Under the pieces are notes generated by a model. The model was not told the DNA's origin and made no database searches. It saw only the letters and a program-made list of their open reading frames with translations. From the NCBI GenBank assembly GCA_039028615.1, contig JBCCHT010000027.1:64001-128000 (forward strand): a DNA stretch of 64,000 nucleotides. Direction: 5' to 3'. The position numbers and the translations under genes were made by a program. Positions 10,489 to 20,105 of the stretch are shown here, piece by piece (positions within the stretch are counted from its first letter, which is position 1; every line of letters begins with the position of its first letter). The DNA comes from Myxococcota bacterium. GTDB taxonomy: Bacteria > Myxococcota_A > Polyangia > Nannocystales > Nannocystaceae.

Positions 10489-11106
10489 TCAGCCCAGGCG
10501 CTGCCGCAGGTCCGCGGCCCAGCGATCGAGGTTATCCGCGGTCGACTCCAGCCCGCCCATCGTGCGGCCGAGTTCGTCGAGGTGCCCGCGCAGCCGGTCC
10601 TTGGCGAGCCGCAGGCGGCTGCGCACGGTCCCTCGCGGGATGTCGAGCGCCTCGGCAATCTCGGCCGAGCTCATTTGCTCCCAATAGAACAGCTCGAGCA
10701 CGACCTGGTCGGTCAGCGGCAGGCACCGCAGCGCTTCGAGCAGCACCCGGTGATCACGACGCAGCCCCACGAACGACGCGGGCCCGGGCATGCCGGCCTC
10801 GATGACGGAGATGGGCGCCTGCGGAGCCCTACGCCCCTCTTCGCGATGACGGCCTCGCACGTGCTCGCGCAGCACGTTGTAGGCGATGCCGAACAAGTAG
10901 CTACGGAAGTTCCCGCGCCCGGTGAAGCGCTCTCGGCCCTCGACGCAGCGGATCAGCGTGCGCTGGACGAGTTCTTCGAAGTCGTCTCCGGTCTTGTTGC
11001 GGAAGAACCGACGCAGGGCCATGAAGTAGCGGTCGAAGAGCTCGCCGCCCGCTTCGCGGTCACCGCCTCTCCACGCATCGAGAAGCTCGATGTCATCAAC
11101 CGCCAC
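10489..11106 (-). CDS. ECF sigma factor (kinase-associated type)
   Basis: Region 2 (FRSYLFGIAYN) and region 4 (EIAEALDIPRGTVRSRLRLA). Confidence 0.9.
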   Translation of the reverse strand: MAVDDIELLDAWRGGDREAGGELFDRYFMALRRFFRNKTGDDFEELVQRTLIRCVEGRERFTGRGNFRSYLFGIAYNVLREHVRGRHREEGRRAPQAPISVIEAGMPGPASFVGLRRDHRVLLEALRCLPLTDQVVLELFYWEQMSSAEIAEALDIPRGTVRSRLRLAKDRLRGHLDELGRTMGGLESTADNLDRWAADLRQRLG

Positions 11107-11214
11107 CAGGTCGACATCGTAATACGCGGACGCGTACGAAAGCGTTTTTGATATCGCCTGAAATGTCGAACGACCGCGGGCTGCGACGCTCGCGATCGTT
11201 CGTCGGCGCGACGA

Positions 11215-11709
11215 CTATTCGCCGTCGGATCCGCAGTTGTTCGTTCGAAGCTGAATCTGCGGATCGAGAGCTTCGACCTCGCACTCGGGCTTGGCGGGGT
11301 CGTGCTCCGCCCGAACGTCGAACGCGACTCGGGGCGCCTCACAGTTCAACGTTTGCTCACTGAACGGCTGTCCACCGGACTTGTCGACGTAGCTCATTCG
11401 GTACTCGCAACCGGTCTTGGGGTCGGTGGAGGTCGGCTTGAAGGCGAACGCGACCTGCTGCTCGCGACCGACGAGCATGCACTCGAAGGGAGTGTCGTTG
11501 ATGTTTTGTTGACCGATGGTGGTCTCGATCTGGCCGTTCTCGACCGCGCCCACGACGGTGTACTCGTCGAGACAAACGGTGAGCGCTTCTTGCTCGGGCG
11601 ACGGAGTGTCGGGCGTGACGGGCTCCGGAGTTTCGGTGGCGGGCTTGGGGCAGCCGAGGGCAAACGCCGTCAGGGCAAGGGCCAAGGTTCGCGAAATGGT
11701 GTTCTTCAT
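11215..11709 (-). CDS. Lipoprotein of unknown function
   Basis: MKNTISRTLALALTAFALG-C lipobox, Pro/Thr linker, Cys-containing domain. Confidence 0.75.
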   Translation of the reverse strand: MKNTISRTLALALTAFALGCPKPATETPEPVTPDTPSPEQEALTVCLDEYTVVGAVENGQIETTIGQQNINDTPFECMLVGREQQVAFAFKPTSTDPKTGCEYRMSYVDKSGGQPFSEQTLNCEAPRVAFDVRAEHDPAKPECEVEALDPQIQLRTNNCGSDGE

Positions 11710-11797
11710 GGTGGTGTCGTGACGATGTTGCGTCGGCTCGGCGACGCGTGGGCGGGGATGACGACTGGCGCGGCGCCGAACCGTCGCGCGTGGGCGA

Positions 11798-14776
11798 TCA
11801 TGCGGGAGAAGCCAGGTCGTCGAGCAAGCGGCGCATGGCGGCGGCTTCGTCGGCGTAAGCGTCGCCCAGCGCGAGCAGCTCGGCCAGGGCGACCTCGGCC
11901 ACCGGGCGCGCGGCTCGGTCTTCACCGACACCGTGGTGCGCGCGCGCCAACCATGCCCGGGTTCGCGCGAGCTCGACGGGATACGCGGCGTGGGTCTGAT
12001 GCAGGTCCAGCGCGCGACGAAGGGGCTCGATTCCGTCCGCGGGATTGCCCTCGCGGACCGCGAGCTCGCCCAGCGTCCGCAGCGGGAAGGCCAGGTCGAG
12101 GTGCTCGGGGGGCAGCCGCGCCTCGCGAGTCGACAGCGCGGCCCGAGCCAGCTGTCGCGCCTCGCCCAGGCGACCGGTCCGCACGAGCGCCTCGGCCAAG
12201 TTGCTGCGGTGAAGCGCGAGCACCAAGCTGTGCTCCGGCTCGAGCGGCTCGACGACGTGCACCGCTCGTCGGAACGCGGAGACGGCATCGTCGAAGCGAC
12301 CCTGCTCGAAGGCGACGGTGCCGAGCGCGGACAAGGGGATGATGCGCTCGCGGTGCCGCACGCCGAGCGCATGGCGAAACGCGAGGTCGGCCGCCTCGGC
12401 TCGACGGCGCGCGTCGTCCAGCCGCCCCTCGTTGACCGCGACCTGAGTGAGCGAGACCAGCGTGTGCCCGACGGCCGCGCTGTTCGGACCGTGGGCGCGG
12501 CGGTACTCGGCGAACGCTTGTTCGAGCCGAACCCGAGCCTCCACGATGCGGCCCTGCGCGAGCAGGTTGTTGCCCTCGGCCAGCGCAACCGCCCCTCGCG
12601 TCGACTGCTCCCACTGCCGCGGCGAGTCGTCGGAGGTATCACCGCGATCGAGCGCCGCCGCCTTGGCCAGAGCACCCGCCGCATCGTCGCTACGCGACAG
12701 CTCGGTCAGCACCCGCGCCAAGTTGCGCAGCACCGAGACTCGAGCCGGGTTCGCGCGCGGGCCCTCTCGCGTGTACAGAGCCTCGGCCGCCCGCAGGCTG
12801 ACCTCGGCCCCCAGCAGGTCGCCCTCGAGACGCTGCACCAGGCCGTGATGCGCCAGCAGACGCGCGGTGCGATGCAGCGACGGTCCCAGGCGGCGAAGCG
12901 TCGCGGCGTTCCGGCTCCAGACGCGACGCGCCAGCTTCGGGTCGACATCGAGATCGACGGCGAGCCGCACGAGATGACCCAGCACCTCGTCCTTGAGCCC
13001 GAGCTCACCGTGGGCCTCGGCCAGATCCACCGCTTCTTCGAGTGCATCGTGAGCGGCCTGGGTCTGAAAGTCCAAGGTCTCGAGCGTGCCGCGAGCGACG
13101 AGCACCTCGGCCACCAGCGGCTCGTAGCCCAGCGCATTGGCCTGCTCGAACGCGGCCTGGGCGTTGGTCCGCGCGGAGTCGAAGTCGCCGCGGATCGCCA
13201 TCTGCCGCACCTGCGCTACCCGGGCGCGGACCCGGGCGACGCGCGAGCGAATCGCGGGTGACGGAGGCATGAAGCCGCCCGCGGCGACGCCGGGCAACAA
13301 GCAATCGGAGGGGGCCGACAACTCGGCCAGGCCTTCGCCGACGGAAGCGGCATCGTCACCGCCTCGCGCCACGGCCACGACCTGCTCGCCGAGTCGATCG
13401 AGACACGCCACCCGCCGATCGAGCACCGCCACCGAGACCAGGCCGGTGATTCGAGTCGCTTCGCAGGCCTCCCGCCGCGCCTGCCCCCAGTCGTCGACGA
13501 AGGCCTGCATCACCGCGTTGCGCTCGCCGACCTGGTGCTCGCCGACGGCCTGCACCAGCGAGGCCTCCACCCCCTCGCACGGAGCCGGGCGCGACACGGG
13601 CTGCTCGCCGAGCATCGACACGCCCATGACGCTCATCGCCGCGACGGCCACCGCGGCGAGCCCCCAGCGCTTCCACCCCGTGTTCAGGGGTCGGCGCAGC
13701 TCGGCCAGCAACGCCGCCATGGTGGGGAAGCGATCGTCGGGTTCGAACGCGAGGCCGCGGGTCAACGCGCGTCGCAGGGCGCTGGGCACCCGCACGCCAT
13801 CGGGCACGCGCACCAAGACGCCATCGTGCACGGGCCCGGGAGGCCGCATGCCGTACAGCCCTTCGTACAGCGACACGCAGAAGCCGTACTGATCCGCGGC
13901 GGGCCGACAGGGCTCTCCCATGCGCTGCTCGGGGGCGAGGTACGCGGGGGTGCCGAGCACCGCCCGGCTCTGCGTCACCGACTCGGCCAGCCGAGAGCCG
14001 CTGCCCCACGCGCCCGAGGGGCTCGAGGTGCTGGCCCGCCCCGAGGCTTCGGTCGGGGCCGAGCCCTCGCCGCTCATGCTGGCGGGCTCGCCGACTTCAC
14101 GGGCGAGGCCGAAGTCGACCAGCCGCACGCGACCATCGTCGCCCATGATCACGTTGTCGGGCTTCACGTCGCGATGCACGAGGCCCTCGCCGTGCACCAG
14201 CTCGAGCGCTCGGCCGACGTCGATCCACGCCGCGAGCACCTCGGCCCATCCCGGCTCCTGCTTGGTGGTCCACTCCCGCATGGTGACCCCGGCGACCAAC
14301 TCCATCGCCAGGTAGACCTTCGCCTCGAAGCGACCCACCTCGAACACGGGCACGAGGTGGGGGTGCGAGAGCCGAGCCAGCGCCTGCGCCTCGCGAAGCA
14401 GGCGATGCTGAGCCGCGGGGTCTTCGGCCTTGCCCGGGTGCAAGAACTTCAGGGCCACCCGACGATCGAGCTCTTCGTCGTAGGCCGCGTACACGGTGCC
14501 CATGCCGCCCGACCCGAGCCGTCGCAGCACGGTGAAGCGATCGATGCGTGGTGCGCTCGGGGGACCACCTACGACCCAGTTGCGCAGGCGATCACGGGCG
14601 TGCCGCTCGAGCAGGTCGAGGTCGTCGCCCTCGGCCGCCGACACGGCCTCGCGAAGGTCGGAGGCCAGGGGCTGCTCCGCCTCGAGCTCCTCGTCTTCGA
14701 TGGTCTCCATCGATGACTCAGGATCCGGCACCTGTGGCGAGAGGTCCAGTGTCGGCGAGGCAGGCGCGAAGGACAT
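11798..14776 (-). CDS. Membrane Ser/Thr protein kinase with C-terminal TPR repeats
   Basis: LGSGGMGTVY, VALK, HRDVKPDN, DFGLA, GTPAYLAPE, then a TM segment and TPRs. Start uncertain. Confidence 0.92.
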   Translation of the reverse strand: MSFAPASPTLDLSPQVPDPESSMETIEDEELEAEQPLASDLREAVSAAEGDDLDLLERHARDRLRNWVVGGPPSAPRIDRFTVLRRLGSGGMGTVYAAYDEELDRRVALKFLHPGKAEDPAAQHRLLREAQALARLSHPHLVPVFEVGRFEAKVYLAMELVAGVTMREWTTKQEPGWAEVLAAWIDVGRALELVHGEGLVHRDVKPDNVIMGDDGRVRLVDFGLAREVGEPASMSGEGSAPTEASGRASTSSPSGAWGSGSRLAESVTQSRAVLGTPAYLAPEQRMGEPCRPAADQYGFCVSLYEGLYGMRPPGPVHDGVLVRVPDGVRVPSALRRALTRGLAFEPDDRFPTMAALLAELRRPLNTGWKRWGLAAVAVAAMSVMGVSMLGEQPVSRPAPCEGVEASLVQAVGEHQVGERNAVMQAFVDDWGQARREACEATRITGLVSVAVLDRRVACLDRLGEQVVAVARGGDDAASVGEGLAELSAPSDCLLPGVAAGGFMPPSPAIRSRVARVRARVAQVRQMAIRGDFDSARTNAQAAFEQANALGYEPLVAEVLVARGTLETLDFQTQAAHDALEEAVDLAEAHGELGLKDEVLGHLVRLAVDLDVDPKLARRVWSRNAATLRRLGPSLHRTARLLAHHGLVQRLEGDLLGAEVSLRAAEALYTREGPRANPARVSVLRNLARVLTELSRSDDAAGALAKAAALDRGDTSDDSPRQWEQSTRGAVALAEGNNLLAQGRIVEARVRLEQAFAEYRRAHGPNSAAVGHTLVSLTQVAVNEGRLDDARRRAEAADLAFRHALGVRHRERIIPLSALGTVAFEQGRFDDAVSAFRRAVHVVEPLEPEHSLVLALHRSNLAEALVRTGRLGEARQLARAALSTREARLPPEHLDLAFPLRTLGELAVREGNPADGIEPLRRALDLHQTHAAYPVELARTRAWLARAHHGVGEDRAARPVAEVALAELLALGDAYADEAAAMRRLLDDLASPA

Positions 14777-15022
14777 CGCCACGCTTGGGCGGTGCGCACC
14801 GGACCCGAGCTGATCACGCAAGGTCGAGAACGCGCTCCCAGCCGTGATTGGCGGGAGTTCAACGCCGCCCCGGATCGACCGAAATGCGGTGCAATCCACG
14901 CCCGCGAGCGGTCAGCGAGCGCGGTCGCGAGGCGGCTCGGCGTCGACAATTGCGAAGGGCTCGGCCCCCGGGGGGAGCACGAGCCCTCGTCGTTCACCTC
15001 GCCGCGGGGGCGAACGAGCCGC

Positions 15023-15736
15023 TCAGGCGCAGGTGCCGAACGTGGTGAGGTTGTCGCTGCTGCTCGCGCCCTGGCAGGTCGAGTCGAGGTCGACGTCGTA
15101 GATGCAGGACCGAGCGCCGCCGATGTAAATCTCGCCGCAGCCGCCCTCGCCCAAGATCTCGTCCTCGTCGCAGAGCACACAGAAGTTGGTGGCCGAGTCG
15201 CAGACGAAGCGGTCGTCGCAGAAGTACGAGCGGCAGAACTGGTCGCGGACGTCCTGGCCGATGAACTCCTCGCTGTCGGCGCGATAGGCCGTGGGCGTGT
15301 TGGGGTCGCTGTCGTCGCAGTAGCCCTGGTCGTTGACGGTGAGCCCGTCGTTGCAGTTGCCACTGACGGGCGGGCACCCGATGCTGCCCTGGCTGTTCTC
15401 GTCGCAGGACGAGTAGCGCGTGGTGACCGCGAAGTCGCTCAGCGCCGCCGCGTAGGGGTGCGCCGGATCGAGGTAGGATTCGGGGTTGCAGCCGACGTTG
15501 GGTCGGAAGTCGGCGACGCAGACCTTGTCGACCTGCGACGAGTCGAGGTCGATGTTGGCGTCGTCGAACTTGCAGACCGGGACGTAGCGGTTGTCGCCCG
15601 TCGGGTCGCACTCGTCGGCGGTGCCACACCGCTGCACGTCATCGCGCGGAGCGAAGATGACGGTGCAAGAGCTGCCCAGGAGGGTCAAGGCACCGAGCCC
15701 AAAAGCAATTGCGGCGGAAAGTCGCGACGTCGTCAT
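15023..15736 (-). CDS. Cys-rich lipoprotein
   Basis: Lipobox LLGSS-C and a Cys/Asp-rich mature region. Confidence 0.75.
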   Translation of the reverse strand: MTTSRLSAAIAFGLGALTLLGSSCTVIFAPRDDVQRCGTADECDPTGDNRYVPVCKFDDANIDLDSSQVDKVCVADFRPNVGCNPESYLDPAHPYAAALSDFAVTTRYSSCDENSQGSIGCPPVSGNCNDGLTVNDQGYCDDSDPNTPTAYRADSEEFIGQDVRDQFCRSYFCDDRFVCDSATNFCVLCDEDEILGEGGCGEIYIGGARSCIYDVDLDSTCQGASSSDNLTTFGTCA

Positions 15737-15741
15737 GGTCT

Positions 15742-17412
15742 TTAGAGGGTGTCCATCCCGGCTTGGATGGCCGCGGGCGAGCTTACGGAGCCGCTGTCGG
15801 GAGCGCAAGCGGGTAGCCTCACCTCGAAGGCGGTCCCGTCGGGGCCCGAGCGAGCGACCCGTACGCCGCCATCGTGATCCACCAGGATCTGCTGCACGGT
15901 GGGCAGGCCCAGGCCGGTGCCCTGTGCCTTGCTGGTATAAAAAGCCTCGAAAATGCGGTCGACCTCGGCCTCGTGCGGAATGCCCGGGCCGTTATCCCCA
16001 ACAACCACGAACACCTGGTCTTCCTTACACCGCATCTCGACGTCGATCCGCGGTTGGCGCTCGGGATCCCGCTCGGGATCGAGGACCGCCTCCTGGGCAT
16101 TGCGCACGAGGTTCATGAAGGCCTGGCGCAGCTGATTGGCGTCGCCCAGCACGGGCACGGGGCCCGAGGGCAGCTGGCGCTCCACGTCGATCCCGGCCAT
16201 CTCGAGCTCTGGCGCCATGAACTCCAGCAGATCCCGGAGCTCTTCGCGGAGATCGAGCTGGGACCGCTCGGGCTTGGGGCGGCGAGCGAACGACAGGTAG
16301 TCCTCGGTCACCGCGGTGAGACGATCGACCTCCCGGGTGATGACCGCCAACAGCTCGCGACTCTCGGGGCTGGCCTCGGATAGCTCGTCGCCCAACAGCT
16401 CGGCATTGAGGGCCACGCTCGACAGAGGGTTGCGGATCTCGTGGGTGATCTGGGCGGCGAGCTGCCCGGCGGCGGCGAGTCGCTCGCCCCGCAACAGCCG
16501 TCGCTCGCGTTCCTCGAGCGCGCCCGCCATATGGTTGAACTCGTGGGCGAGTCGGCTGACCTCGTCCTCGCGACCGGGACCCGAGCCCTCCACCCGCTGA
16601 GACCAGTCACCACCGCTGAGCTTGCGCACGCCCTCGGTCAGCCGACGCAGGGGACGTAAGGTGAGAAACACCCCGACCGCGGCCAGGGCTCCCAATGCCG
16701 ACACCAGCAGCGTGAAGCCGAGGGTGAGGGTCTCCGCTCGGTCCTGAGCGTCGGCCACTTCCTCGCGCAGCTGCTCGATCGCCCGGTTGCTCTTCTTGGC
16801 CAGGACCTTGAACAGCGACTCGATCTGGTTTTGCGTGCGAACGTCCTGGAGCACCGCGGGCACGTCGACGATCTCGTCGAGCGTGGCCAGGTTTCGCAGC
16901 TCTTCGAGCGAGCCTCGGATGCCCCGCAAGGTCTCGACGGACTCGGTCTCACCGAAGGGACCGGGATCCTCCAACGCCTCGTCGATGACCGCCAAGGCCT
17001 CGCCGATATCTCGATTTCGCGCAGAGAGCGCAGTGCGGAAATTTGCCTCAAATACCGGTGTGGGGTCCGCTTCGGCGTGCTGCCAGTTCTGCACCTGAAT
17101 CCCGACCCGCTGGGCCTGAACATGGGCCTCGGCCAGCCGTTGGTTGAACACGACGTAGACCTCGACGAGTCGATCGAAGCCCCGCTGCAAGGTCCGAAGC
17201 TGGACGACCGCGACCACGGCCGAAGCACCCGCGGCCATCAATACCAACACGACCAGCGCGGTGATTCGTGCGGCCAAACTGTGCCGTAGCCGGGGGCCCC
17301 CGGCCGGTCGTGGGTCCGCAGACGAAGCCGAACTGCCCTCGATCGATGCGGGGAACTCCGAGGACAGCAGATCGGGCCCCTGGCCCCCAGACGAGCGCGT
17401 CACGTCTTCCAA
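15742..17412 (-). CDS. HAMP-domain sensor histidine kinase
   Basis: Two TM segments, HAMP, H-box THEIRNPL, N-box NLVRNA, DNGPG, GTGLGL. Confidence 0.92.
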   Translation of the reverse strand: MEDVTRSSGGQGPDLLSSEFPASIEGSSASSADPRPAGGPRLRHSLAARITALVVLVLMAAGASAVVAVVQLRTLQRGFDRLVEVYVVFNQRLAEAHVQAQRVGIQVQNWQHAEADPTPVFEANFRTALSARNRDIGEALAVIDEALEDPGPFGETESVETLRGIRGSLEELRNLATLDEIVDVPAVLQDVRTQNQIESLFKVLAKKSNRAIEQLREEVADAQDRAETLTLGFTLLVSALGALAAVGVFLTLRPLRRLTEGVRKLSGGDWSQRVEGSGPGREDEVSRLAHEFNHMAGALEERERRLLRGERLAAAGQLAAQITHEIRNPLSSVALNAELLGDELSEASPESRELLAVITREVDRLTAVTEDYLSFARRPKPERSQLDLREELRDLLEFMAPELEMAGIDVERQLPSGPVPVLGDANQLRQAFMNLVRNAQEAVLDPERDPERQPRIDVEMRCKEDQVFVVVGDNGPGIPHEAEVDRIFEAFYTSKAQGTGLGLPTVQQILVDHDGGVRVARSGPDGTAFEVRLPACAPDSGSVSSPAAIQAGMDTL

Positions 17413-17492
17413 TTTTGCCTTCCCAGCACCGGGCTCGCCATGCCAACGTGATGTCCGTACCGGGGCCAGCGCGGCTCCCCGATACCCCCATC

Positions 17493-18683
17493 ATGGCGAG
17501 GATCTCCCGAGACCAGCAACCGCGAGCGACTCGCGCTCGTAAGGCCACGACCCGGATGCTCTCGTCGAGCTTGGCCGCCATGATGGCGACCACCGTGATG
17601 GGCACCTCGACGCCCGTCACCGCCGCCGAGGCGCTCCAGCTCACGACGCTCCGCGCGGAGCCCGAGGCAGCCCCGGCCAGCGTGCTCGGCCTCGACTCCG
17701 ACGACGCCAAGGTCGGCAGCGCCCTGACCCTGGCCCTGCGCGATGCCTTCGCCAACCGGGGCATCGGCGGCGGCGAAGAGATCAGCCTCGAAGAGATGCG
17801 CCTGGTCATGGGCTGCGACAACGACGGCGCCGACTGCCTCGCGCAGGGTGGCAAGAACCTCGGGGTCAGCCGGCTCATCTTCGGCTACCTGCGGGGCACG
17901 GGCGGCGGCAAGTTCCAGCTCATCATCCAGATCCTCGACACCGAGACCGGTGCCCTCGAGTCCGATGCCACGGTCGACCTGACCTCCGAGCAGCTGACCG
18001 ACGCCAACATCTACGACACCGCGGTCGAGATCGTCGAAACGCTGCTCCCCAGCAAGACCGAGGACGATACGCCCGCCGTGCCCACCCCGGGTCCCGCGGA
18101 CGGCGAGGGCGATGAGGAAGAAGAACCCGGCGGCCAAGGCGGCATCTACTTCGGCCTCGAGAAGCCGACTCCCACCTGGAAGTGGGCGGGCTTCGGCTCC
18201 TCGCTGGCCCTGACCGTGATCGCTGGTGGCGCCACCGTCGGCATGGGCCTGTGGCTGACCCGACCGAACTTCGGCTTCCGGCCGCAGCTGCTCGAGGCGG
18301 CCGAGGCCAGCCTCACCGACAGCAGCTCGCTCAACGACGTCGATCCCAGCCTGCCCGAGATGGTCGACCTGTGTGATTTCGCCCGCTCGCGCCCGGTCGA
18401 CGCCAACGGCGTGCCCCTGGGTCAGCCGGGTCAGGTCCGCAACAGCGCGGTCGTGGCCGTGTGCAACCGGGGCGAAGACGTCCGACGGGTGCAGCTCATC
18501 ACCGGGATCGGCACCGCGGTGTTCGGCGTAGCCACCCTCGCCTTCACCGGCCTGCTGCTCATCCACAAGAAGAAGCCGACCGCCGACGCCATGCTGCGTC
18601 ACGGGGTCGGCCTGGGCCTGGCGCCCACCACCCTCGACGGAGGCTCCCGTGGGCTCTCCATCGCGGGCAGCATGAAGTTCTAG
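17493..18683 (+). CDS. Hypothetical exported/membrane protein (myxobacterial type)
   Basis: Signal peptide, CxxxxxxCLAxxG motif, two C-terminal TM segments and a terminal beta-strand ending in F. Confidence 0.7.
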   Translation: MARISRDQQPRATRARKATTRMLSSSLAAMMATTVMGTSTPVTAAEALQLTTLRAEPEAAPASVLGLDSDDAKVGSALTLALRDAFANRGIGGGEEISLEEMRLVMGCDNDGADCLAQGGKNLGVSRLIFGYLRGTGGGKFQLIIQILDTETGALESDATVDLTSEQLTDANIYDTAVEIVETLLPSKTEDDTPAVPTPGPADGEGDEEEEPGGQGGIYFGLEKPTPTWKWAGFGSSLALTVIAGGATVGMGLWLTRPNFGFRPQLLEAAEASLTDSSSLNDVDPSLPEMVDLCDFARSRPVDANGVPLGQPGQVRNSAVVAVCNRGEDVRRVQLITGIGTAVFGVATLAFTGLLLIHKKKPTADAMLRHGVGLGLAPTTLDGGSRGLSIAGSMKF

Positions 18684-18744
18684 GCCTCGGCCCGAGCTTT
18701 GCGGGCCGCCTGCCCCTCGTGCGTAGAGCCGGCTGACCACGGAC

Positions 18745-19668
18745 TCAGCCGCGGGTCTTCGCGTCGTTGGGGGCGGCAGCGGGCGCGACCTGAGCGGACT
18801 TGGGCGGAGCCTCGAGCTCGGCCCCCGCGTCCGCCTCGGCTTTGGCGTCGTCGTCTGGATCGGCGTCCTCGGCCGAGGACGGGACCTCGAGGCCGCTGCC
18901 GCCGACCTCGTCGCTGGCCATCCCGACGACGACTTCGAGGTAGTGCTCCTCTTCGTCCATGCCCTCGGGAGGCTCGATGGTCTTGGCCTCGAACGAGCGC
19001 CACGCGGACTCGCCTTCGAACTCCAGGCGCTCGAGCCCGCCGCGGAGCGTCTCGAGCTCGTGCTGATAGGGCGAGCGCACCACGAAGCGGCATCGCACGG
19101 TGCGGCACTTGGTGGAGGCGAGCACCGTGCGGGGCTCCTCGGGCGCGCCTTCGAATACGGCTCGGCGCGCGACGACCATGGCCCGGTTGATGAGCGCCTG
19201 GTTGCGGCGCGCCCACGGGGCCCGGATCGGCTCGTCGTCGAAGGGGGTCTCGGCGAACTGCGTCCACGCCTCGTCGAGCTGCTCGGCGCTGCGCGGGGCG
19301 TGGCGGTTCTTGGCGCGGCGGTCTCGGCCCGCCTTGCCCGTCTTGGCCGATCGCTTGTTCTTCTTCTTTTTCCTCTTCTTGCTGCCCTGGTCGTTCGGCG
19401 ACTCGAGGATCTTGTCGGGCACGTTGAGCTTCCAGTGCACGCCCACCGCCCCGGCCGCCAGCAAGGGCGGCAAGATCAGCTGGCCCACGCGGTACCAACG
19501 AGGGCGCCGAGCAGCGGCCGGGCTCGCCTCGGACGACGCAGCATCGTCTTCGCTCGCGCCGGTCTCGTCGGCCGCGGCCGCGGCCGCGTCGTCACCGTCT
19601 TCGGCCGGAGAAGGGTTGTCGGTCTCCGCCTGCGGCGGGCGTTCCTGCTCGTCGTCCTCGTGACTCAC
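18745..19668 (-). CDS. Hypothetical single-TM protein
   Basis: Acidic N-terminus, TM segment, Lys-rich linker, CRTVRC motif; GTGA overlap with the upstream gene. Confidence 0.7.
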   Translation of the reverse strand: MSHEDDEQERPPQAETDNPSPAEDGDDAAAAAADETGASEDDAASSEASPAAARRPRWYRVGQLILPPLLAAGAVGVHWKLNVPDKILESPNDQGSKKRKKKKNKRSAKTGKAGRDRRAKNRHAPRSAEQLDEAWTQFAETPFDDEPIRAPWARRNQALINRAMVVARRAVFEGAPEEPRTVLASTKCRTVRCRFVVRSPYQHELETLRGGLERLEFEGESAWRSFEAKTIEPPEGMDEEEHYLEVVVGMASDEVGGSGLEVPSSAEDADPDDDAKAEADAGAELEAPPKSAQVAPAAAPNDAKTRG

Positions 19669-20105
19669 GGCGCGCTCATGGGGCCTCGGGGCAGCGGCAG
19701 GTGAACCAGCCAGGCCCCGTCTTCATTGACTAACTCCAGCGAGACGACGGTTCCGTCGGCCCCCGTCAGAAGCACCGTGGCTCGCTGGTCATCGTTATTC
19801 CCGAGCTCGACGCTCGCGACTTGGAATCGCGGGTCGACCTCGACCACCTGGAGCATCTCTTCCGGCTCGATGTTGCGGCGGCCACCGACCTGGTCGCTGG
19901 CGCGCTCGGCCGCGTGTTGCACCCGGGCTCGAGTCTGTCGGTCGACCATCTCCAGAACCTGGTCGACATCGCCGTAACGTGCGGCCGCAGCAAACTGTCG
20001 GGCCACGCGAACCGGCGCCGGTTCGTCCTTGGCACAGCCCGAGCCCAGCCCGAGCGACAGCACCCCTCCCACGATGAAGGGGTAGCTCCAGCGCTTCGAG
20101 ATCAT
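19665..20105 (-). CDS. Lipoprotein (NTF2/DUF4878-like)
   Basis: Lipobox LGSG-C, C-terminal LVNEDGAWLV; ATGA overlap with the activator stop. Confidence 0.7.
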   Translation of the reverse strand: MISKRWSYPFIVGGVLSLGLGSGCAKDEPAPVRVARQFAAAARYGDVDQVLEMVDRQTRARVQHAAERASDQVGGRRNIEPEEMLQVVEVDPRFQVASVELGNNDDQRATVLLTGADGTVVSLELVNEDGAWLVHLPLPRGPMSAP

